In this document: positions 19,900-27,888 of the stretch, piece by piece
Layout: every line of letters starts with the position of its first letter
How positions within the stretch are numbered: the stretch's first letter is position 1
NCBI GenBank assembly: GCA_963700995.1
Contig: CAVOZP010000006.1
Span: 69,544-133,543, forward strand
Length of the DNA stretch: 64,000 nucleotides
DNA from: an uncultured Acidimicrobiales bacterium
GTDB lineage: Bacteria > Actinomycetota > Acidimicrobiia > Acidimicrobiales > JAHEJN01
Reading direction: 5' to 3'
Position numbers and translations under genes: made by a program
Notes under the pieces: generated by a model
Database searches by the model: none
The model's input: only the letters and a program-made list of their open reading frames with translations
What the model was told of the DNA's origin: nothing

Positions 19900-20094
19900 G
19901 GTGCCGACCTGAGACAATCGTTCTGCACGGCTGCTGAACTTCGATCTTCCACCATCAATTGAAGGATGGAAGGGCACCTTGCTGGTAGAGCACTTGGGCC
20001 CGATTCTCCGGCGAGTCGTGCACGCTCCGAGGGTCGCGTCGGTCTGGTGACGAAAGGCACTTCCGTGGGGCATCCGCATCGTCACATGATGTGG

Positions 20095-20874
20095 ATGAGT
20101 CCAGACAGGCGCGCGCCTTGGCAGCCGGTCATGTGGAGGGAGGCGCACGTGGCGCATGACGTGTTCATCAGTTACTCGTCTACCGACAAGGCCGTGGCAG
20201 ATGCTGCGTGCGCCACGCTCGAGAAGCGGAGGATTCGTTGCTGGGTGGCCCCACGCGATGTGCCGGCCGGTGTTTCGTGGGCCTCGTCTCTGGTCGAGGC
20301 CATTGGTGGCAGCAGGGTTGTCGTCCTGATCCTCTCGAAGGGATCGAACAGCTCGCCGCAAGTCATCCGTGAGGTGGACGAGGCGGTCGGGACGGGGATC
20401 CCGGTCGTGCCGCTGCGTATCGACGACGTCGAACCGTCGGACCAGATGCGCTTCTACATCAAGTCGGTGCACTGGCTCGATGCCCTCAGCCCGCCGATGG
20501 AAGAGCACCTGAAACGCTTGGCCGACTCGGTCGAGGCCTTGTTGGCGGTGGGCGACGACCGACGGCCGCCGCTCGGAGAGCAGCCCGGCGACAGCCCGAC
20601 CACGCCTCGTGCCGTTTCGGCTCAAATCCTCGAGACCGGCAGAGTCGTCGATGCGGTCGTCACGAAAACGTCGATGGACATGGCGACACTCAGCCTTCCC
20701 GACGGCAACATCGGCAAGATCATCCTGCCCGACTATCGGCTGCTCCTCGTTTTCAAGCCGCTCAAATGGCTGAGCCGCAAGTACGCGGTGGGAGACCGCC
20801 TCACGGTCAGGATCAAGCGGCACATGCGGACCGGGAACTACTCGTGTGAGCCCTACATCGATCCAACCGTGTGA
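20095..20874 (+). CDS. TIR domain protein with C-terminal OB/S1-like module (TIR-B)
   Basis: HDVFISYSSTDKAVADAACATLEKRRIRCWVAPRDVPAGVSWASSLVEAIGGSRVVVLILSKGSNSSPQVIREVDEAV..HWLDALSPP. C-terminus GRVVDAVVTKTSMDMATLSLPDGNIGKIIL..GDRLTVRIK. Start is 20095 (by analogy with TIR-E) or 20131. Confidence 0.8.
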   Translation: MSPDRRAPWQPVMWREAHVAHDVFISYSSTDKAVADAACATLEKRRIRCWVAPRDVPAGVSWASSLVEAIGGSRVVVLILSKGSNSSPQVIREVDEAVGTGIPVVPLRIDDVEPSDQMRFYIKSVHWLDALSPPMEEHLKRLADSVEALLAVGDDRRPPLGEQPGDSPTTPRAVSAQILETGRVVDAVVTKTSMDMATLSLPDGNIGKIILPDYRLLLVFKPLKWLSRKYAVGDRLTVRIKRHMRTGNYSCEPYIDPTV

Positions 20875-20884
20875 TCAGTCGCGG

Positions 20885-22576
20885 CTATCTCGCTGAGGAC
20901 CCTCCACAGTAGGAAACGATCTGATAGCCGGCGCGCGCCAGAAACGCTGGGATCCCTCGGACGGCCTGGCGATCCTGCTCCTTGACACCGTCGCTCAGCT
21001 CATTCCATGGCACCAGGTACGGCGAGGTCTTCGCGTCGACGTCTCTGGGGCCCGAGGTCCATCCGTTGCGTCGACGTTCGTGCACCCATCGTTCGTGCTC
21101 CATCTCCGAGAGCATCTCCACCTCCGCGTCGGTGAAGGTCACTTCGTGGGCGTCCCAGTCGGTGAGCGGAGCGATTCCCCGGCCGATGGCGGCGAGCTTG
21201 GTGCCGATGTGGCCGGCCTGGTCTCGGTTCGACTCCTTGAGCGATGCCGCGAGCTTCTCCCACGGCGCCATGGAGGGATTCGTTTCCGGCCGTGCCCCTC
21301 GGAGTCGTTGCTGGGCCACGTACTCCTCGTGGGTCGCTCGAGCCAAGATTTCGTACGTGCCACCGAGAAGGAGATCGGTCTGCATGGTTCGGTCGAGGAC
21401 GCTGAACGCCCGAATGCGGCCGGAGTGAGTCGGCCGGTCGACCAATCGGCCGAGCGCGCCGGTGTGGCTCAGTTCGACCACGATGAGGGCGTCGGGCATC
21501 TCCAGGCAGCGTTGGATCGCAAGGCCGGCTCGGACAGAGCGCGAGTCGTCGTCGATGCAGATGTAGATCGTCTTCGCGGCTGATTCTCCGATGGCATCGG
21601 TGTCGACCGGGTCGATGGCGGCGACCACCGGGTTGATGTTCGCGGCGTGGTCGAGCTGTGGGTAGCGGCGGCACAGTCGGTCGATGATCGTGTTGGCGTC
21701 GGGATCCACGACCGTGATGTCGATGGGCCGGCCTCGGGCGGTGGGGTGAGCTCTCCATTGGCGGGCGAGCTCGGCCACCAGGGTCTGACCGAGCCGATTC
21801 AACCCGACCACCATGACGGCAGTGAGGCCATCGTCGAGTTCGTCGGCCGGAAACGGCGAGAAGTCGCGGAGCATGAGCCGGGCACCCTGCTCGTCGATGT
21901 TGAAGAAGTCGAGACGCGTGCCGGCGGGATGACTCGCGGCGAGCTCGTCGGATCGCATGAGCACGCAGAGATCCGGATCTCGGATGCGGGCGAGACACGA
22001 CAAACCGGGGCCCTGCCGCTCGGCGACCAGGTCCATGGCGTCGAGGACCACTTCGGCGTTGGTCTCATCACTGCCGGTGAGACAGACGAGATGCGCGGCA
22101 CGAGCCAAACGGGCCCGTCGAAGCGTGTCACGGTCGCGCGCATCGCCGACGATCACGGCGGCACCTCGGTGACGACTGGCCACGATGGCGGGGTTGAGCC
22201 CATCGGCCTCGATTCCCACGACACGTTGACCTGCGTCGAGGAGTTGTGTCACGAGCCTGGTACCGGCTGTGCCCAGGCCGCAGACGACGACGTGGTTGCG
22301 GGTTCGCCCGAGACGCCACTCCCGTATCTGCTCGCTGAAGGCCGTCGAAACTGCGGCAATCAGTGCCGTCGCCGAAGCCGCCGGCGCTGCGAGCCGCGCC
22401 ACTTCGAGCTGCCACGGTGCGCCGGTCGCCGGGACGCTGCCGGACTCGAGCGTGAAGAGTTGAAGGCTCAGGTAGACGACGTCGGATGTCGACTTGGCGA
22501 TACCCGCCTCATCGAAGTACTCACGGAAGCCGACGTAGCCGAGGACGAAGGCGGTCACGGTGAAGGCGGCCAGCAA
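20885..22576 (-). CDS. 2-TM pore-loop channel-like / tandem TrkA-N (RCK) Rossmann / tandem RyR-repeat protein
   Basis: TM1 AAFTVTAFVLGYVGF. Pore-helix-like VVYLSLQLFTLESGS, with no TVGYG filter. TM2 LAAPAASATALIAAVSTAF. GxGxxG motif VVVCGLGTAGTRLV and a second VMVVGLNRLGQTLV. C-terminal RyR-type repeats THEEYV..APWEKL..SNRDQA and MEHERWVHERRRNGW..YLVPWNELSDGVKEQDRQAVRGIP. Confidence 0.8.
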   Translation of the reverse strand: MLAAFTVTAFVLGYVGFREYFDEAGIAKSTSDVVYLSLQLFTLESGSVPATGAPWQLEVARLAAPAASATALIAAVSTAFSEQIREWRLGRTRNHVVVCGLGTAGTRLVTQLLDAGQRVVGIEADGLNPAIVASRHRGAAVIVGDARDRDTLRRARLARAAHLVCLTGSDETNAEVVLDAMDLVAERQGPGLSCLARIRDPDLCVLMRSDELAASHPAGTRLDFFNIDEQGARLMLRDFSPFPADELDDGLTAVMVVGLNRLGQTLVAELARQWRAHPTARGRPIDITVVDPDANTIIDRLCRRYPQLDHAANINPVVAAIDPVDTDAIGESAAKTIYICIDDDSRSVRAGLAIQRCLEMPDALIVVELSHTGALGRLVDRPTHSGRIRAFSVLDRTMQTDLLLGGTYEILARATHEEYVAQQRLRGARPETNPSMAPWEKLAASLKESNRDQAGHIGTKLAAIGRGIAPLTDWDAHEVTFTDAEVEMLSEMEHERWVHERRRNGWTSGPRDVDAKTSPYLVPWNELSDGVKEQDRQAVRGIPAFLARAGYQIVSYCGGSSAR

Positions 22577-22686
22577 GAGCCAGCCGCGTCGAGCGCCAGG
22601 CTGCGGTCAACTTGACGCCTACTGAGCGACGAAGGGACCGGCGCCGGGTGACCGGGTCGTTGGGGTTCACCGGACGTCACCCCTTC

Positions 22687-25315
22687 TCACGCATCGAGGG
22701 TGACGACGCGCAGGCCGACCGTTGCGAGGAGCTCGGGGATTGCCTGCACCACCAGCCGATCCTTGTTCCGTGCGCGTTCGTTCCCAGCCAGCGATCCCGG
22801 ACCCAGCCGGCGTCTGACCGAGTAGGGATAGCGGGCGATCCGCTCGGCGTCGGTCATCGGGGCCCAGGGCACCAGATCCGGGTCGGTCCAGGGTGCCTCA
22901 CCGTCGTTGCCCCAGCAGAAGCCCTCGGCGACCCTTTCCGCGATCCAGCGGTCGTGTTCGAGTTGAGCGAGTCGTTCGATGATCTGGGGAGACAGGTCGA
23001 CCACGGGTTCTGCGCCGTTCCCGAGCGGGGCGAGGGCGTGACCGATGATGGCGAGCTTTCTGGGGATGTCGAGCACGGCGGCCCGGCTGGCCGACCGCTC
23101 GGCGTCGCTCAGCTCGTCCCAGGGAGGCCAGGAACCCCAGTCGTTGTCGGCTGCGGCGGTTCGGAAGCGCTCGTGCAGGCCCTTGGCGAGCTTCTCGGCG
23201 AGGGGCCCAACGACTGGAACCCGGCGTGCGAGCGTGAGGAACTCCTCGTCGTCGACGTGGAGGCGCAGCTGGGTTGCCGGAGGCAGGGCCGACCGGTGGT
23301 AGTGCTGTTCGCCGGCGAGGCGGCTGCCGGCCACGATCGACTCCATCGAGCGAACGCCGTGGCGGAATCGGCGCACATCCAGGAAGGCGCCGGCGACGTC
23401 CGGGTCGACGGCGAGCTCGCGGACTCCGTCGGCTCGCGGACGCCAGAGCTGCGGCCACGTCCGAGTGAGCAGGGATTGCAGCACGATCGCGCGACGAATG
23501 ACGTGCTCGGGGTCAGCCGCGGGGTCGTCGGTGCCGGGATCGGGGCCGAGGATGTCGACGGTGGCCCGCAGTCGGCTCAAGAAGTCGGGCCCCTTCACGC
23601 TTCGGAATCGAGCCGTGCGTTCCTCGCCGGATCGGCCCAGATCGCGTCCGAGGTCGTCGAGGCGTTCTGCTGTTCCGCCGGCGAAGACGAAGATCGCCCG
23701 GCCGAACGGATGGACGACTGGCCCGTCGTGGAACTCGCCGTCCTGCATCGGGGCGAGGAAGTGCGGACAACCGAGCGGTTGGCTCCGCGGTGGTATCGAA
23801 CTCGTCCCAGAAGACCAGCGGCACGGGGCCGACAGACCGGCGTCACGTACGAGATGGAACGCGGTGATGGAGCTCGTCGGGTCTTTCGACCTGCGACAGG
23901 TTGAAGGTCAGCTTCTCCACCTCACCGGCGTGCAGCGAGCGAGCGAGCTGTTTGACGGCGAACGACTTGCCCGACCCTGGCGGCCCGAAGACAGCGATCG
24001 ACAGCGGTCGCGGTGGTCGGGGCAGGGCGCAGTATTCGGCAATCAGGTTCTGGACACTTCGGAACCCCTCGATCTCGCGACGATCGGCAGTGAGGAGGGC
24101 ACCGAATCGACCAACGGGCATGCCCTTCAGCGCGGGCCCCGGGCCGAGCCGCACGATCTGCCTTGCGAGGTGATCGAAGCCGCCGATGTGGTGCTCTCGC
24201 AGGATCGACCACTGGCCATCGTGGCCGGTGGGTGGTGGCACGACGGTCGTGGCGAAATCGTCTGGCTCGCGTTGGAGCGCGGCCGCGACGGTTTCGTGGG
24301 GGAACCGGATGGCGGTGCTTCCGGGCTCGGGAGCGATGAAGCCGGTCTCGTGCAACGCGCGCAGCGCAGTCAAGCCGCGTCGAGCGCCGTCGACGAGCGC
24401 GACTTCGGCCGACATCGTGGTGAGCGTCGACGCCAAGCCGACCGTGAGGCAGGTCGTTCCCCCGATCATGCCGCCTGGCCGATTGGCCTCCCAGGTCCCT
24501 TCCATCTCGCGCGGATCGAAGACCAGCTTCGAGTCGAGCTCGAGGTCGGGGCTGCGGCGGTGGGCAACGAATGCGCCTGCCGCCCCGAACGATACGACGA
24601 CGTCTGCGGCCTGCGCGAGCGGAGCCAGCTCCGTCGCTGACGAGAGCGCCCGGGCGAGGTCTTGGGCCGAGGCCTCCCAGGACATGCCCCGGCTCACCTC
24701 CACACCCGAACGCCGGACGTCGCCGACGGTGGTGACGACGACGAGGCGCTCGATGTCGAGGTCGAGCAGGCGCCGGAACAGGGCGCTGCGACCGAACAGG
24801 TCGGAGGTCTTCAACACGACGACCCGCGGCGCCGCGGCGGCCTGCTCACGGATGGACGACGGCCACAGCTGCGGGTCTTCGCTGAAGCCCAGTCCGCCGT
24901 CGTCAAGGAGCGCGACGTCGGGGCTCGCAGCATCATCCTCGACCTGCGCCCACTCGGCGGCAGGCGGGCACATGTCGTCTCGGCGCGCCAAGCCGAGGTA
25001 GTCGCCCATCCGCCAGACGGGCTCCTTCGAAGTGTGGGTGAAGGGGTAGGGCGCCCACGCCGCGCTCGAGTGATGGAAGCGCCGATCGTCGGGTCGCGGG
25101 GGTGCGCCGGTGGGAATCGACCGAACATCGGCCTCGATTGCCGCTCTCGTGAGTGAGGCGAGCAGGCACGCACCACCGGGCTGCAGGCTGATCGATGCGT
25201 ACTGTTCGCCCGACCAGGACACTGTGGTCGAGGTCGGGCTCATGTCGGCCACGTTCCAGTCGAGGGTGACGTCGCCGGCGATTACCAGGGTCGGCACGGG
25301 AGTGGCCGATGTCAT
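22687..25315 (-). CDS. PfkB/ribokinase-like domain + AAA+ ATPase + tandem RyR-repeat protein, three frame breaks at 23770-23870
   Basis: N-terminus TLVIAGDVTLDWNV..QPGGACLLA..LLDDGGLGF..FGAAGAFV..RPGGMIGGTTCL is ribokinase-like but lacks the GAGD anion hole. Walker A AVFGPPGSGKSFAV, Walker B PLVFWDEFDT, then FLAPMQDGEFHDG..AIFVFAGGT. C-terminal RyR-type repeats LHERFRT..PPWDELSDAERSASRAAVLDIP and LEHDRWIAERVAEGF..DLVPWAPMTD..NKDRLVVQAIP. Pieces are track ORFs 23843..25675, 23513..23824 and 22687..23748. AFHLVRDAGLS reads in the third frame. Confidence 0.75.
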
Positions 25316-26532
25316 GTCGAGGCTCCCTCGGGCGGGGCTGTCATGGTGAAGTAGTCGAAGCCCAAACCGTCGATGTCGTCCCCGAAGTCCTTCGCGGCCG
25401 TGGTCGGCTCCGGCGACGAGTCGAAGCGGATGTTGGAATAGGTGACCGGGGCACTCTGGCCGTATTTGACGAGCGCGATGCGGCCACTCCGGTTCATTTC
25501 CGGTGACAGCACGACCGAGGCGACCTTCTGGTCGTCGACGAGAAGACTGCCGAAGTCGCCCACCACCTCGATCTTCATGGTGAAGGTGTCGCTCGTCTCG
25601 CCGTCGAGCACCATTTGATTCTCGAAGAGCCACTCGGTGCCGTCGTAGATCGTGTGGGCTCGTACGGCCTGCCAAGCACCTGTGATGTTGAAGATGAGCG
25701 AGCCCTGCGACCAGCTCGGCCCGTCTCCATAGACCACAACCATGCCCTCGCCGAAGCCCGTGAAGTCACTGGTCACGTCGATCTCGAGCGCGAAGTCACC
25801 CTCGATGGTCTCTTCGGTCCAGGCGAACGTGTCATCCGAGCCGGTCGCCCGGTACGTCTCGGGAGCAGGACTCGACCATTGACTGTCGTTGGGCACGACG
25901 AACGACAGGGTCTGTCCTTCGTCGCCGGGGTCCGACCCCGATCGGGAGAGTGCGAAGACGAGCGATCCGACGACAACCATGGCCAGCGTCGCGCCGATGA
26001 CGGCCAGGGTTCTCGCCGGGAGGCGGCGTCGGGGCCGAGGAGCCGCAGTCGTGATGTCCGGTGCGGGAGCGACGGTGTCTGCGGCCGACTCCACCTCCAA
26101 CGCGGCGTCGACGAGGGCGGAGAGCCTGCTCAAGTGGCGCTCGAGGGGCGGGGTCAACGCGTCGAGCCAGTGGATCGACTTGATGTAGTAGCGCATCTCG
26201 TCGGAGGGTTGAACGTCCTCGATCCTGAAGGGGATGATGGGCAGGCCGTTGTCGACTGCTTCGCCGACCTCTCGGTTCACCTGGGGCGACGCGTTGGAGC
26301 CCTCGGACAGGATCAGAACCAAGATGCGGCTGCGGCCGATCGCTTCGACGAGCGAGGCCGCCCAGGATCGACCCGGTGGTACGTCGCGAGGCGCGATCCA
26401 GCACCTGGTGCCGTTCGCTTCGAGAGCCGCACACGCAGCATCTGCGACGGCCTTGTCTCGCGCTGAGTAGCTGATGAACACGTCGTGAGTCACGGGTTGC
26501 CTCCCGGCGCCGCCAGGCCTCCTTGAGTTCAT
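25312..26532 (-). CDS. TIR domain - TM helix - DUF1080/concanavalin-like jelly-roll protein (TIR-E)
   Basis: HDVFISYSARDKAVADAACAALEANGTRCWIAPRDVPPGRSWAASLVEAIGRSRILVLILSEGSNASPQVNREVGEAV. TM helix TLAVIGATLAMVVVGSLVFAL. C-terminus ..FALEIDV..GMVVVYGDG..TMKIEVVGDFGSLLVDDQKV..GRIALVKYGQSAPVTYSNIRF. The stop overlaps the next gene's ATG (ATGA). Start taken at ATG 26532. Confidence 0.8.
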   Translation of the reverse strand: MNSRRPGGAGRQPVTHDVFISYSARDKAVADAACAALEANGTRCWIAPRDVPPGRSWAASLVEAIGRSRILVLILSEGSNASPQVNREVGEAVDNGLPIIPFRIEDVQPSDEMRYYIKSIHWLDALTPPLERHLSRLSALVDAALEVESAADTVAPAPDITTAAPRPRRRLPARTLAVIGATLAMVVVGSLVFALSRSGSDPGDEGQTLSFVVPNDSQWSSPAPETYRATGSDDTFAWTEETIEGDFALEIDVTSDFTGFGEGMVVVYGDGPSWSQGSLIFNITGAWQAVRAHTIYDGTEWLFENQMVLDGETSDTFTMKIEVVGDFGSLLVDDQKVASVVLSPEMNRSGRIALVKYGQSAPVTYSNIRFDSSPEPTTAAKDFGDDIDGLGFDYFTMTAPPEGAST

Positions 26533-26769
26533 GGAACCCAGAGCTGGTCCTCCCGACCAGAGGCTTTTGGCCACGCCGAAGCTCGCGCGCGCAGTGTTGA
26601 GCGGCAGAGGGCCCTCGACACCGACAGCCCATCCCATCGGGTCTGTCGATGTTTGGCCAGCTCAGCTCGCTTCGCCCAGAGGCCAAGGTCCACGCAATGG
26701 GGGTCATGCTGCTTGGCTCTGTGTTGATCTCGGTTTGGTACCTGGCAACCGGCGACGAGGGCGTTGTCG

Positions 26770-27807
26770 TCAGCTGCGGAGGTCGCCCAGGGGCATCGAG
26801 GCCAGCGTGTGGCCCTGGTCCAGGCGGATGATCCGCCGGTCGGTGACGATGGCGGTGATGAGGTCGGCGGGTGTGACATCGAAGGCCGGGTTGAGGGCGT
26901 CGGTGCCCTTTGGGGCGGTCGCCACGCCGGCCAGCGACACGACCTCGGCTGGACCCCGGTCCTCTATGTCGATCTCGCTTCCGGTGGCGGTAGCGGAGTC
27001 CACAGTCGATTCGGGCGCCACCACGATGAACGGGACGCCGGCATGTCGGGCACCGAGGGCCAGCGAGAACGTGCCGATCTTGTTGGCGGTGTCGCCGTTG
27101 GCCGCGATCCGGTCGGCACCGGTGAGGACGACATCGGCCGCGCCGCGAGACAGCAGGAACGGACCGGCCGAGTCGACGATGAGGCGATGGGCAGCACCCA
27201 TGTGGTCGAGCTCCCAGGTGGTGAGGCGTGCCCCCTGCAACAAGGGCCTGGTCTCCAACGGCAGAGCCTCTCGGAGACAGCCCCGCTCGTGCAGCGTTTG
27301 GACCACCGCGAGTGCGGTGCCCCGCTCGACTGCGGCCAGGCCTCCGGTGTTGCAGATGGTCATGGCCCGGACCTCGGCATCGGGCACCAGGTCGGCCACG
27401 AGGTCGGCGCCGTACTCTCCCATCGAGACCGACGCGGCCAACTCCTCGTCGCGGATGGCCATGGCCTCCGCCAGCACGTGGGGGAACCCCTCGCCGGCAA
27501 CGCCTGCAACTCGATCGACCATCCGAGCAAGGTTGACCGCAGTGGGGCGAGCGGCGCGCAGCGACGCAACGGCTTCGTTCAACAGCTCGCCGCCGGTGCC
27601 GTGGGCCCTGACCGCCAGGGCGACACCGAACGCACCGGCAACACCGATGGCGGGAGCACCCCTCACCGAGAGCCGTTGTATGGCATCGACCATCTCGGGC
27701 ACGGTCTCGATCCGCAGGATCTCGAAGCGATGCGGCAGCTGCGTCTGGTCGATCAGCTCGACGGCATCGTCCACCCAGTCCAGCGTGCGGGTCGTGGTTG
27801 GTGCCAT
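26770..27807 (-). CDS. mtnA: S-methyl-5-thioribose-1-phosphate isomerase
   Basis: ..LIDQTQLPHRFEILRIETV..AIQRLSVRGAPAIGVAGAFG..RPTAVNL..CNTGGLA..TRPLLQGARLTTWEL..GADRIAANGDTANKIGT... GGGAGG lies upstream of ATG 27807. Confidence 0.9.
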   Translation of the reverse strand: MAPTTTRTLDWVDDAVELIDQTQLPHRFEILRIETVPEMVDAIQRLSVRGAPAIGVAGAFGVALAVRAHGTGGELLNEAVASLRAARPTAVNLARMVDRVAGVAGEGFPHVLAEAMAIRDEELAASVSMGEYGADLVADLVPDAEVRAMTICNTGGLAAVERGTALAVVQTLHERGCLREALPLETRPLLQGARLTTWELDHMGAAHRLIVDSAGPFLLSRGAADVVLTGADRIAANGDTANKIGTFSLALGARHAGVPFIVVAPESTVDSATATGSEIDIEDRGPAEVVSLAGVATAPKGTDALNPAFDVTPADLITAIVTDRRIIRLDQGHTLASMPLGDLRS

Positions 27808-27888
27808 GTGTCCTCCCGATTGGCCTGCGACCGGAACCGTCGCTCGACGCCAGCTTCTATGGTGGTCCAGATTCCGAAGGGAGGGAGT

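Noticed and set aside
19900-20823. N-terminal 308 codons of the 954-aa ORF 17959..20823
   Set aside because: The region is Arg/His/Asp-rich and overlaps the well-supported TIR-B gene on the other strand. The TIR-A homology begins only after ATG 19899.
23770-23870. Programmed ribosomal frameshifting or deliberate inactivation of the AAA+/RyR gene
   Set aside because: Similar frame breaks occur in housekeeping genes all over the window, and no slippery heptamer or stimulatory structure was seen. Sequence error is the simplest explanation.
26764-27888. N-terminal 375 codons of the 810-aa ORF 26764..29196
   Set aside because: It is antisense to mtnA. The deaminase homology starts at MDRYVCDLL (27889), which has a strong RBS.
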